Origin: Myxococcota bacterium
GTDB lineage: Bacteria; Myxococcota; UBA4151
Reading direction: 5' to 3'
DNA length: 64,000 bases
Assembly: GCA_040260805.1 (NCBI GenBank)
Contig: JBDQPD010000002.1
Span: forward strand, 8,668-72,667
Positions 19,965-29,662 of the stretch are shown here, one piece after another; positions within the stretch are counted from its first letter, which is position 1, and the number at the start of each line of letters is the position of its first letter. Under the pieces are notes generated by a model. It was not told the DNA's origin, did no database searches, and saw only the letters and a program-made list of their open reading frames with translations. The position numbers were made by a program, and so were the translations under genes.

Positions 19965-21314
19965 TCAGGTCTTAGCGAGCCATTCAGCGGCTTTACGCCC
20001 GTGAATAAGCGCATCCTCCATCGCTGAGTATTCCCAATTGCCGTAGCGCCCAGTGCTGAGGATATTTTGGCTCTTGAGGTAGTCGATTAAGGTGGTTCGG
20101 CTCACCGGGTAATTGGGATCCTGAAGGACATAGGCATTGGGGACATGCTCGACGGTGACGTCCAGCACCGAGTCCACGCCATCGATCAAGCTCGCCGCCT
20201 CAAGCCCAGCGAGACACGCATCGACCTCTTGCTCGACTTGGCGCTCGCCGCGATGAGCAATTTCGACGTAAAAATTACGGGTCTCACCGTCGGTCATTTT
20301 CGGCTCGACCGCCGAGAAAGAGCCGACCCGATAAAAGGGGAACTGCCGTTCAGGGAAATAGGTCCAATGGGGCTGCCCGGCGCCATCCCAAGGGCCCGCT
20401 TGGTCGTGGTTTGAACCCTTTGCTAGGACGTCCAAATGACTGACCGTTGTGCTGCGCAGTAGGCTCCGAGCATGCGCCACCTCGGCGGGCAATTCGCCAC
20501 CACGAGCGCAAGCGTCGATGAGCGCGGTCAAAGGCATGGTCGAGACCAGCTTGTGGTAAGCGATCGTCTCACCATCTTGAGTGGTCGCTCGGCGGTTGCG
20601 CACATCGATCGACGCGACCGGGCGCTCGCATTCGATCTCGATCGACAAGGTCCTCTTAATGGCTTGCGCTAAGCCCTCAATGCCGCCCCCGTCATCAGGG
20701 TATAAAAAGTGTGTGTTGTACCCCAGCGCTTCGCGAGACGCCCCGACCGCTCCAGCGATCACGTCTTCGACTTGTGGGATCGGAATATAGCTCGACTCGC
20801 ACCAAGCCGCCGAGAGCTCACGAGGATGAACCGTCCAGATTTTCTCGTTGTACGGAAACATAAAGTGTTCAGCGATACCGGCACCAAACTTTTGCTCGAT
20901 CCAATCCGCAAAAGTCTTTGGCTCGGGCCTGGTCGGCGCCTGTGGACCAAGCTCAACGTCGTGCAAACGAGCATCAACGAAGCCCTGAAGACACGCTCGC
21001 GCCACCGCAGGAGGGAGACCGTAGGTGTTCGCTTGAAAAGGGTACAAGGTGTAGACGCCTGAGCTAAAAATTCGGGCTTTACGGTTGTGTTTGACCAGGT
21101 TCAAACCCGGCAGCTGATGGACCCATTCCTGGATCTGCGCATCGCGCAGGTGCAGCCAATGGCCGGTGATGTCGAACCGAGCCCCATCTCGCTGACGAGT
21201 TCGCGCTTTGCCGCCAATGAAAGGCGTCGCCTCAAGCACCCTCAAATCACCTTGTGCGTGCGCCGCAGTCGACAATCCGGTCAGCCCGGCACCGAGCACT
21301 AAATTCTGCGTCAT
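19965..21314 (-). CDS. FAD-dependent oxidoreductase, UDP-galactopyranose mutase / protoporphyrinogen oxidase-like
   Basis: GAGLTGL Rossmann motif, FDITGH, PYNEKIW, FLYP..GG, GRYGNWEY. Confidence 0.8.
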   Translation of the reverse strand: MTQNLVLGAGLTGLSTAAHAQGDLRVLEATPFIGGKARTRQRDGARFDITGHWLHLRDAQIQEWVHQLPGLNLVKHNRKARIFSSGVYTLYPFQANTYGLPPAVARACLQGFVDARLHDVELGPQAPTRPEPKTFADWIEQKFGAGIAEHFMFPYNEKIWTVHPRELSAAWCESSYIPIPQVEDVIAGAVGASREALGYNTHFLYPDDGGGIEGLAQAIKRTLSIEIECERPVASIDVRNRRATTQDGETIAYHKLVSTMPLTALIDACARGGELPAEVAHARSLLRSTTVSHLDVLAKGSNHDQAGPWDGAGQPHWTYFPERQFPFYRVGSFSAVEPKMTDGETRNFYVEIAHRGERQVEQEVDACLAGLEAASLIDGVDSVLDVTVEHVPNAYVLQDPNYPVSRTTLIDYLKSQNILSTGRYGNWEYSAMEDALIHGRKAAEWLAKT

Positions 21315-21320
21315 GTGGAC

Positions 21321-23279
21321 CTACGCAACCCGTCGACGTCGACGTAGGATCGCAGCAAAGAGCAGCCACTCCAAACCGATCCCTGTAGCCGAACCACAAG
21401 CGCAACCGACTCCAGTCAGACCTGACTGCCCCCCGGGCGCGTTGTCTGGATCGTAGGTGCATACACCGGGTTCACCGACCGAGACATCACAGCGATGCTC
21501 GACAGGGCACCAGCGGTTGTTTCCACACCACGTCGTGCATCGGCCATCGAGGCAGATACCGTGCTCGCATTCGCCGGCACCGCCGCAGCTGTCGCCTACA
21601 GAGCCTGTCCCGGTATCACCGCCCTCGCGGCACATCCCATTGCCCATCTCATCGATCACGCAGCCTTGACCGTCAGGGCATTGGTAATGACCAAGTCTTG
21701 GGTCACAACCCCGACCACAACGACCGACGCCGTCAAAATAGCCACAGGCGCCGCTTTGGCAGTGTGAATCATCACCGCAGCGCCCATCGGGGCCTTGAGG
21801 TGAGCCCGGCTCAAAGGGTGAGCATTGATCTGCTTCACAGATCTGCCCTGCCGGACAATCTAGGTCGTCAATACAACTTGAGCCGACATAAGGGGCACAT
21901 ACGCCGCCGCCATCACGAGTCGGCTGACAGTCCATCCCTCCGCTGCAATCGGCTCTCGTTTCGCAGTTTTGGAAGCAACGTCTCGAGCCATCATAATAGA
22001 TACACGTTGTCCCCTCCTCGCAGGGTTTGTCCTCACAGATCTCACCCAGTCGAGCGAAGCGTCGGTCGGCGCAAACTCGGACCGTATCAACGCCGGGTCG
22101 CGTCACCTCAATACACTCTTGATCCTCGCCGCAGCTGGCGTCGCTGGTACAGGTTCGAGCGCAATTCCAACCCCGACCGGTCGGTGCGCATTCGAGGCCC
22201 TCAGCGCAGGCGTAATAGCTGTCGCACGCTTCACCCTCTTGCGTGTCACCGCCATCGATGCACAGCGACATCCGGCTGTTGTTTTGACCGTCAAAGGTAC
22301 GGCAGGTGGTTCCTTGAGGACAGGCCGGATCGCCGCGCTCACAGGTTTGATAACAGCGCGCATCGTTTTCATCGCCCAAGCAAAGCAGCCCTTCTTGGCA
22401 GGGTCTGCCCACACAGGCTTCACCGCGCCCTGCGGCGTCGGCCTGTGCGTCCGCTCGCAAGCAGACATTATTGCCGCCGGTTTGACCGCACTCGTAACCC
22501 GTAGGGCAGGTGCCGCAGGTTTGGCTGCAGTACTGGCTGTTGCGGTCCGTCACGCAGATCCCTGAGTCGCAGTCGCTGTTGCGCGTGCAACCCCAACCTA
22601 AGCCGCCGCGTTGTCCTGGGTAAATCCCACAGATTCCGTCGGTGTCGTCCTGACGCAGATAGCGAAAGGGGTAGCCGACATAAGAAGGAGTCATCACCGC
22701 ATCAACGGTACAGTTCTCGCACGGATGATCGAGCCCTAACGCGTGACCCATCTCATGAACAGCGATGCTCTCGATATCGATATGTCGACCGCGATCAGCG
22801 GTACCCCATCGGCTCCGGTTGCTCGGATAGTTGACCTCATTGAACTGAACATCAGAGTCGACGATATAGCAGTCCCGGTAAGGCCTGCTGCCCTGTCCGC
22901 TGCACGCGCCGCGGCGCCCCGAGAACGACGTCATCGTGATCCCTAGGGTTCCCGCTCCGTAGGGCCAATCATTGGCATTGCTCTGAAACCAGACGTTGTT
23001 GGTGTTGTCGTTCGTTGCGCGCGGCGTCCCGCGGACGTCGCCAAGGTCTTGACCAGCGATCAAAGAGCAGCTGGCGTCAGTCCAGCTCTGCAGGCCTGCG
23101 CGCATGGCGCGCACGTCCGAGCCGTCGTTGATCCCCGAACGAGTGCTCCCCGACGTATCAATACGAAAGCCGATCGTATTCGTTTGGGTCAAGTTCCACT
23201 TGCCGATCTGACCTTGCCAAGCCTGAGCGGCGCTCGGGATCAACATCAAACTACACAAAGGGAGCACCCAGCGAATCAT
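21321..23279 (-). CDS. Matrixin (M10 metzincin) with Cys-rich repeats and MYXO-CTERM tail
   Basis: Signal peptide; HEMGHALGLDH plus Met-turn AVMTP; many Cys-rich modules; C-terminal GCACG...LLFAAILRRRRR. Confidence 0.9.
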   Translation of the reverse strand: MIRWVLPLCSLMLIPSAAQAWQGQIGKWNLTQTNTIGFRIDTSGSTRSGINDGSDVRAMRAGLQSWTDASCSLIAGQDLGDVRGTPRATNDNTNNVWFQSNANDWPYGAGTLGITMTSFSGRRGACSGQGSRPYRDCYIVDSDVQFNEVNYPSNRSRWGTADRGRHIDIESIAVHEMGHALGLDHPCENCTVDAVMTPSYVGYPFRYLRQDDTDGICGIYPGQRGGLGWGCTRNSDCDSGICVTDRNSQYCSQTCGTCPTGYECGQTGGNNVCLRADAQADAAGRGEACVGRPCQEGLLCLGDENDARCYQTCERGDPACPQGTTCRTFDGQNNSRMSLCIDGGDTQEGEACDSYYACAEGLECAPTGRGWNCARTCTSDASCGEDQECIEVTRPGVDTVRVCADRRFARLGEICEDKPCEEGTTCIYYDGSRRCFQNCETRADCSGGMDCQPTRDGGGVCAPYVGSSCIDDLDCPAGQICEADQCSPFEPGSPQGPDGRCGDDSHCQSGACGYFDGVGRCGRGCDPRLGHYQCPDGQGCVIDEMGNGMCREGGDTGTGSVGDSCGGAGECEHGICLDGRCTTWCGNNRWCPVEHRCDVSVGEPGVCTYDPDNAPGGQSGLTGVGCACGSATGIGLEWLLFAAILRRRRRVA

Positions 23280-23830
23280 CGTTGCGCTCCCGCAAACCGG
23301 CGAACCTCAGCGGCGAGTTGCGTCAACGGCATATGCGCTGGCTCTGGCGCCTCGCCCGGTCGAATCACGCCGTCTTTGCCTGGCTCGGCAAAAGCCACGT
23401 TGCCAAACTCTTCCACAGCGAAGGCGCCTTGCGCGTTGCGCTCCACCACATACCGACCGAGCCCAACACCGACCTGCACAAAGCGATTCTGGAATGCTGA
23501 TAAGAACAAGACGAGCTCTTCGCCGGTCTTAAACTTGCTGGTCCCTGGTACACTTTGGATCAGGTCACCAAGCTCGCCGCCCATCTGCAAGAGCGTCAAC
23601 GCGCTGCCCGCCTGAACCTTTCCTTTGAAGGCTTCAATCACCTCAAGCTCAATCAAGGTCGACAGCGCCCCCGGGCGCTCTTCAACGGTTCGAATAGTGC
23701 CCACACGAACCTGCACCACCAATTGGCTCATATCGGTCATCTGAGCCCGATTGAGCTTCATCACCACCGTTGCCTGGGCGGTCTGCGCCCCAGCGAACAT
23801 CGTCAGCGCACACACTATCATCAATCGCAT
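23276..23830 (-). CDS. Secreted hypothetical protein of the type found next to or fused with bacterial matrixins
   Basis: Signal peptide MRLMIVCALTMFAGAQTAQA; 'TVVMKLNRAQMTDMSQLVVQVRV', 'GGELG...VPG...FKTGEELVLFL'. Confidence 0.75.
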   Translation of the reverse strand: MRLMIVCALTMFAGAQTAQATVVMKLNRAQMTDMSQLVVQVRVGTIRTVEERPGALSTLIELEVIEAFKGKVQAGSALTLLQMGGELGDLIQSVPGTSKFKTGEELVLFLSAFQNRFVQVGVGLGRYVVERNAQGAFAVEEFGNVAFAEPGKDGVIRPGEAPEPAHMPLTQLAAEVRRFAGAQR

Positions 23831-25167
23831 CGTTTTCTTCCTCTCACTGCCAGCAGCCCAAAACACACCAACCAAGGCATCAAAGCGGGCGCCGAAGCAC
23901 TTGAACATCCACATCCACCAGACGAGTCACCCTGCTCACCGCACCGGGTCAAGTCCACCGTATCCACCACACAGTAGCCGCCACTGCAAAGCGTGCCACT
24001 CGGACAATCTGCGGTCACACCACAGACCTGCGTACACAGGCTGCGTTCGACGCCGCGGATGCTCACCGGCTCACAGCGCCCGGAGGCGCACAGATCAGCC
24101 TGAGGCAAAAAGTTATCGGGTCGAACGCATTGTGCGCCGATCGGTAAATATTCGCCATTGTTTGCGCCGCCCATCAAGCTCACGCAGTACCCATCACCCT
24201 GAACCGCTAAACGACAGCTCATACCGCCAGGGCAAGGGTCATCCATGGCGCAACGCCGGCTGCATTTACCTTGGCGGCATAAGCCTGAGGCGCATTCACA
24301 ATTTTTACCGCAGTTCTCCGCCAGCCTTAAGCTGGCCTGGTCAACTTCGGCGCGCACGCCAGGGTAGAGCTCACAGATCCCCGAGACATCGGAAGGGCGA
24401 GGACCGATCTCCGGGTGCCCAGACCAAGCGGGCGCCATGATCGCGTCGCTACCGGACGGGGTGTGGCCTAGACCGGTCAGGTGACCAAACTCATGCAACA
24501 TCACCGAAAAGACATCGACCGCATCACCCCCGGTCGTCGGCGTCGACCAACGATGGTGAACCCCATTCATCAAAATATCGGAGTCCGTGCTTTCATCACC
24601 GCGCATCGAGGTCACCGTCACACCGAGAGTAGAAGGACCGCCTGGAAAGCCCGTCTCCATCCAAAAGAACTTGTTTCGCCCATCAGCGGCTTGATCCCAA
24701 GTGGCGAAATCAGGCTCTTGCTCTTCCGCTTCAAAAACAGTGCAGGGCACCAAGCGCCAACCGCGAATCGCCGAGCGCATGGCATCCACGGCGAGGCTTG
24801 GGTCGTCAAAGTCTGCACTTCCAGCGGGGTCGATCGAATAAAAAAGCCGACCAACGCAGGTTTCATCTCGACAATAACCGTCAACGCAGCGTCTGTTGTT
24901 GCTGCACTCAGCCTCAGCCTGACAGGCACCATACCGGCCAGTCATTCGGCACGACTGACCGCCCGCGCAGCCACCAACGCACGACTCACCCAGCAGCGAC
25001 CAACGCCAGTTCGACCTCAGAAAGGCAGGTTGAGGGCCACACGAGGCATCAGGCCAACAGCCATGAGCTGGACCACATAAGCCCTCGGTACAGGGCTGCT
25101 GAGCGGCCACAGCGGCGCCAGCCAACAACACACCAACCGACATGATCAGGACACGGAGCAAAGACAC
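23821..25167 (-). CDS. Second matrixin (M10 metzincin) with Cys-rich repeats and MYXO-CTERM tail
   Basis: HEFGHLTGLGH plus AIMAP Met-turn; C-terminal GGCGCSS...WLVCFGLLAVRGRKR; start could instead be ATG 25143. Confidence 0.88.
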   Translation of the reverse strand: MSLLRVLIMSVGVLLAGAAVAAQQPCTEGLCGPAHGCWPDASCGPQPAFLRSNWRWSLLGESCVGGCAGGQSCRMTGRYGACQAEAECSNNRRCVDGYCRDETCVGRLFYSIDPAGSADFDDPSLAVDAMRSAIRGWRLVPCTVFEAEEQEPDFATWDQAADGRNKFFWMETGFPGGPSTLGVTVTSMRGDESTDSDILMNGVHHRWSTPTTGGDAVDVFSVMLHEFGHLTGLGHTPSGSDAIMAPAWSGHPEIGPRPSDVSGICELYPGVRAEVDQASLRLAENCGKNCECASGLCRQGKCSRRCAMDDPCPGGMSCRLAVQGDGYCVSLMGGANNGEYLPIGAQCVRPDNFLPQADLCASGRCEPVSIRGVERSLCTQVCGVTADCPSGTLCSGGYCVVDTVDLTRCGEQGDSSGGCGCSSASAPALMPWLVCFGLLAVRGRKRCD

Positions 25168-25276
25168 CCCCCAAAGCGAGCGTAGCTCGCATACGGCTTA
25201 TGCGCAGGAGTTCGCAACCGCTCGCCCGACCCGGATCTTCGATGCATCGGATCAAAAAAGACGCTAAGGGCGCCAT

Positions 25277-26464
25277 ATGAAAGCTCGTCCCCTCCCCGTT
25301 CCAGGATTTCGTTTCAGCGGAATTGCCTGTGGAATCAAAGCTCAAGGCAGCTTGGACCTTGGCTTAGTCCTCGCCGAAAGCAACTGTTCGGCGGCGGCGG
25401 TGTTTACTCAAAATTTAGTCCAAGCCGCGCCGGTGTCACTCAGCAAACAGGCCATTGCGAGCGGTCAGGCGCGGGCTTTGATGATCAATTCGGGTAACGC
25501 CAACGCCTGCACCGGTCAGCAAGGTTTAGAGGATGCCATCGCCAGCCGAGCCTTCCTCGCTGACCAGCTGGGTTGCGCTCCTGAGCTCGTTCAGATCGCC
25601 AGCACTGGGGTCATCGGTGTCCCCTTGGCGCTCGCCAGCTTGATCCAAGGGATCGAGCCGGCGATTAAAGCGGCTCGATCGGACCAAATCGCTGCCAACT
25701 TATTCGGTGACGCCATCTGTACGACGGATCGCTTTCCAAAAGGTGCGAGCCGGCAGGTCGACGGCTACACGCTGTCGGTCTTTGCGAAAGGTGCCGGGAT
25801 GATCGCTCCGAATATGGCGACGATGCTCGCCTATGCGCTGACCGACGCACCGATCGATTCCGGGGATCTTGATCGACTCTGGCGGCAATGCATGAGCCAA
25901 AGCTTCAACGCGGTGATGGTCGACGGCGACACCTCCACCAACGACACTGCAGTCATTCTCGCGAGCGGCCAGGGCGCCCCGCTCAAGGGAGCTGCGCTGA
26001 ACCGCTTCGCCCTCGCGCTGGCGGAGGTGTGCCAAGAAGCAGCCGTACAACTGGTTGAAGATGGAGAGGGCGCTCGCTGCGTGGTTGAGCTTAACGTCGC
26101 CGGCGCTCCCGATGACCGACAGGCGCGCCACGTCGCGAAGACCGTCGCCTTGTCGCCCTTATGCAAAACCGCCTTTTTTGGCGCTGATCCGAACTGGGGT
26201 CGAATCATCGCTGCAGCCGGACGAAGCGGCGTCGAATTCGATCCTGATCAGCTGACCCTATCCTTAGGCGATGCAGACCAATCGATGCTGCTCTTTGCGC
26301 AGGGCGTGCCGCTGATGTTTGACAAGACTCGAGCCGAGGTCATGATGCGGGGTAAGCGCTTTCGCTTTGACCTCGATTTAAAGTCAGGAACCGGACAAAG
26401 CCGTGTTTGGACCTGCGACCTTGGGCATAATTACGTGACCCTAAACGCTGAATATACGACCTAA
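25277..26464 (+). CDS. argJ: Bifunctional ornithine acetyltransferase / N-acetylglutamate synthase
   Basis: NSGNANACTG, KGAGMIAPNMATML, DGDTSTND, DPNWGRI, C-terminal NAEYTT. Confidence 0.96.
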   Translation: MKARPLPVPGFRFSGIACGIKAQGSLDLGLVLAESNCSAAAVFTQNLVQAAPVSLSKQAIASGQARALMINSGNANACTGQQGLEDAIASRAFLADQLGCAPELVQIASTGVIGVPLALASLIQGIEPAIKAARSDQIAANLFGDAICTTDRFPKGASRQVDGYTLSVFAKGAGMIAPNMATMLAYALTDAPIDSGDLDRLWRQCMSQSFNAVMVDGDTSTNDTAVILASGQGAPLKGAALNRFALALAEVCQEAAVQLVEDGEGARCVVELNVAGAPDDRQARHVAKTVALSPLCKTAFFGADPNWGRIIAAAGRSGVEFDPDQLTLSLGDADQSMLLFAQGVPLMFDKTRAEVMMRGKRFRFDLDLKSGTGQSRVWTCDLGHNYVTLNAEYTT

Positions 26465-26473
26465 GGGCTGATC

Positions 26474-28087
26474 GTGCTTTCTGCTATTGTCTTCTTCTTG
26501 CTGCTGTTTACGCCACTCATCTTCTTGCATGAGCTCGGCCACTATGTGGCTGCGCGGATGTGCCGTGTCCGAGTCGAAGCGTTCTCCGTCGGCTTTGGTC
26601 GAGTCATTTGGAAAACCCACCGCTGGGGAACCGAATGGAGACTGTCTGCGGTGCCCTTTGGTGGGTACGTCAAAATGGCGGGTGAAAACCATGCCGATGA
26701 TCGACAACCCGAAGACGATGAGCTGTGGGCTAAATCCCCCTGGCAACGAGCCTTCATCGCCTTCGCTGGGCCTGCGGTTAATCTGTTCTTACCGGTCATC
26801 GTGTTTACCTGGTTCTTGATGAGCGGTCACCACGTCGTAGCACCGATTATCGGTGGTGTGAACGCCGGCTCGGCAGCTGAGCGAGCAGGCATCAAGCGCG
26901 GTGATCGGTTGGTCAAAGTCGGCGATAAAGACGTCACTGGATGGGCTGATTTAGCCGGAATCATTGGGCCCGCTGCGGGGCGAACGCTCGACGTCTCGCT
27001 GCAGAGGGGCGACCAAGTCGTCCAGCTCAAAGTCACCCCGGACAGTAGGACCGTTGAAGACCCCTTGGGTGGGCTAAAGCAACGCGGCATGCTCGGGATC
27101 ACCTCCGCAGCTCAAGCGCCCTTCATCAGCCCTTTGCCCGGAGACCAGCAGCTCAAGCCTTTTGATCGCATTACCCAAATCGATGGTAAAGCCATGCGGA
27201 CCCTCAATGATCTTGAGCTAGCCTTATCCCAAAGTGACCGCGCCCAGCTCACGATCAAGCGTCAAAGTGACCGCCAAGCGGGCAAACGATTCAACAGCAA
27301 AGCGGCTGAAGAGATCGTGATCAACTGGGTACGACCCAGCGGTGTCGTGGGGTTCCCCTTTGAGCCCGTCGAGCTCCTGGTCGAGGGCGTGAAAGACAAC
27401 AGCTCGGCTCAAAACATCGGCCTAGCGGCCGGTGACCGGATCCGCTCCGTCGATGGGATGACGATCCACACCTGGGGCGAACTTGAACAACACCTACTCT
27501 CAGCTCCACAGCAAAGCGCAGAGATTCAAGTTGAGCGGCGTAACACCGAAGGCGTTGCGGAGAACCTGACCATGACGCTTAGCCTGAGCGAAGCTGAGGT
27601 CGAAGGGCCGCTGCGCTCAAGCCGAAAGATCATGGATCACGGCATCTTGCGCACCTTCTGGCACGCGCCTCCCAAAGTCGAAACCATTCAGCTCGGTTTG
27701 GTGGGCTCGGTCGCGCTCGCGACGAAACGTTGCGCTGAGATCGTGGTGACCATGGCTGAGGGGCTGCGGCGTATTTTAGTGGGTCGAGTCTCGGTCAAAC
27801 AGATCGGTGGGCCGGTGATGCTCTATGACATCGCCTCTGAGGTGGCGAAGACCAAAGATACTTTTTGGCACTGGTTCAGCCTGCTGAGCTTGAATCTGGG
27901 CATCATGAACCTCTTGCCTGTCCCGGTTCTTGATGGCGGCCTGATCTTGCTGAGCGCTATTGAGATCCTGCGGCGCAAACCCCTGACTGTCGCTCTGCGT
28001 GAAAAAGCGAATTACATCGGCTTGTTTCTCGTGCTTGCGTTGATGCTCACGGCGGTGATTAATGATGTCGTGCGCGTCTTTGGCTAG
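26474..28087 (+). CDS. rseP: RIP metalloprotease RseP (M50) with PDZ domains
   Basis: HELGH, FSVGFG, GGYVKM, AGPAVN, NLLPVPVLDGG. Confidence 0.94.
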   Translation: MLSAIVFFLLLFTPLIFLHELGHYVAARMCRVRVEAFSVGFGRVIWKTHRWGTEWRLSAVPFGGYVKMAGENHADDRQPEDDELWAKSPWQRAFIAFAGPAVNLFLPVIVFTWFLMSGHHVVAPIIGGVNAGSAAERAGIKRGDRLVKVGDKDVTGWADLAGIIGPAAGRTLDVSLQRGDQVVQLKVTPDSRTVEDPLGGLKQRGMLGITSAAQAPFISPLPGDQQLKPFDRITQIDGKAMRTLNDLELALSQSDRAQLTIKRQSDRQAGKRFNSKAAEEIVINWVRPSGVVGFPFEPVELLVEGVKDNSSAQNIGLAAGDRIRSVDGMTIHTWGELEQHLLSAPQQSAEIQVERRNTEGVAENLTMTLSLSEAEVEGPLRSSRKIMDHGILRTFWHAPPKVETIQLGLVGSVALATKRCAEIVVTMAEGLRRILVGRVSVKQIGGPVMLYDIASEVAKTKDTFWHWFSLLSLNLGIMNLLPVPVLDGGLILLSAIEILRRKPLTVALREKANYIGLFLVLALMLTAVINDVVRVFG

Positions 28088-28117
28088 ACCCTGCGGCAGC
28101 GATACGTTGCTCGATGT

Positions 28118-29635
28118 TCAGTGCGTCCACGCCTGATCAATGCGCGCATCCACAGCCATCGGGACCGCCGGAAAAAGATCAAAACCTGCACCCACCATCG
28201 CCTCGATAAGCAGCTGCCGAGCAGACTCTGCGTGATCGACGTCGACCTCGACTAAGAGCTCATCGTGGACCATATTGACCAAACACGGTCGCCCCATGGC
28301 TTGGCTGCTCTGGCGTGCAAAGCGAATCGCTGCCCACTTAATGAGATCCGCGCCGCCACCCTGCACCGGATAGTTAAGCGCCAAAGTAGAGGAGACCTTT
28401 TCGGGGTCAAGCTTGAGCTTTCGACCGCTGATGGTCTCAAGCACCAAGGTCTGTTTCGCTTGCTTTTGAGCAAGCTCGCGCCAGGCAGCTAGCTGCGGAA
28501 ACCCTTCGAAGTATTTGGCGAGCAAGGTGCGCGCCTCGTGGACCGACATCTCTAAACTCTGAGCTAAGCGGCGCGCGCCCATCCCATAGATCAAACCAAA
28601 GTTGATGGCCTTCGCCGCATGACGCAAATGAGCGTTCTCCGTTTTGCTGACCTGCTGATTAAATAATCGACTGGCGACGGCGCTGTGGAAATCGCTCGAG
28701 AGTAGGGTCTCACGAAAGGCTTGGTCACCGGATAAAGCGGCGACAATCCGGAGTTCACACCCTGAATAATCGGCGCTGATCAGGACCCGCCCGCTGGGCG
28801 CCCGAACACAAGGCCTTAGGCTCGACGGGATATTCTGTAAGTTCGGTTCACCACAACTCATTCGACCGGTGTGTGCTCCGAGCGGCTCGAAGTGACCGAA
28901 AACGCGGCCACCGACTTGTCGCTCGGTGTAGCTCTCATACGTGCTGGTCAACTTACTGGCTTCTCGCCAGCTCAACAGCGCTTGCGCCGCAGGATGATCC
29001 ACAGCGCCGAGCGTCGACTTGCTCAAGTCCTTGAGCTCGAAGCCTTGGTGCTTAAACCACTCGAGTAGTTTGTTCCGCTCGCCAGGCTCAATGTTGGGAT
29101 GACCTCCCAAGTCGCGACCGACCATCCCCGTCAACTCCTGGCGCGCGCGCTCGGCGCGCTCGTGGGCGGCGGCAAGCACGTCGTCCCAAGCGGCGATATC
29201 GATCGGCAAACCTGCCGCCTGAAGCCCCTCACAAACGGGCAAGAAGGCGCTCTCTAACTTGGCGACACGGTCTAAATCACGAGCTCTAAGCTCAGCGCCG
29301 GCGCGCTGCGCAGCAGCCAGTAAATCGCTCGGCTCTGGGGTCTCGGGAAGCTCAACAGCGAGCGCTCCGGACTGCTTGAGTAAGCGATTGTAATCCTTCA
29401 GACACACGCAGCGGTGTGCGCGCGCCCCTAGACGCATCGCACGCCTCAGGACTCGGCGGTCTTCAACCACCCACACCGAGCGGGAATCATTGAGTCGTTC
29501 AGCCGTCTCTTGTCCCAACGGCTCTTGGTGATGGCCATCCGAAACGATGACGCCGCCAAGCGGATCGTCAATCAAAGCGACTGCTGCACCCAAGAGAAGA
29601 TTGGACAAGCTCGAACTCCCATGACCAGATTGCAC
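28118..29635 (-). CDS. Short family A DNA polymerase without a 5'-3' exonuclease domain; start uncertain
   Basis: TGRMS...PNLQNIP, ADYSGCELR (motif A), RHAAKAINFGLIYG (motif B), VHDEL (motif C). Confidence 0.85.
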   Translation of the reverse strand: MQSGHGSSSLSNLLLGAAVALIDDPLGGVIVSDGHHQEPLGQETAERLNDSRSVWVVEDRRVLRRAMRLGARAHRCVCLKDYNRLLKQSGALAVELPETPEPSDLLAAAQRAGAELRARDLDRVAKLESAFLPVCEGLQAAGLPIDIAAWDDVLAAAHERAERARQELTGMVGRDLGGHPNIEPGERNKLLEWFKHQGFELKDLSKSTLGAVDHPAAQALLSWREASKLTSTYESYTERQVGGRVFGHFEPLGAHTGRMSCGEPNLQNIPSSLRPCVRAPSGRVLISADYSGCELRIVAALSGDQAFRETLLSSDFHSAVASRLFNQQVSKTENAHLRHAAKAINFGLIYGMGARRLAQSLEMSVHEARTLLAKYFEGFPQLAAWRELAQKQAKQTLVLETISGRKLKLDPEKVSSTLALNYPVQGGGADLIKWAAIRFARQSSQAMGRPCLVNMVHDELLVEVDVDHAESARQLLIEAMVGAGFDLFPAVPMAVDARIDQAWTH

Positions 29636-29662
29636 CGCATCCCGGCTGATGGCGAGGAAATC

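Noticed and set aside
21457..25145. Long + strand ORFs opposite the matrixin genes (also 32801..33667 and similar shadow ORFs elsewhere)
   Set aside because: They are antisense shadows of GC-rich coding genes with no recognisable motifs.
28118..29635. Short PolA as a prophage marker
   Set aside because: No other phage genes are nearby; the neighbours are rseP and a sigma-54 regulator.
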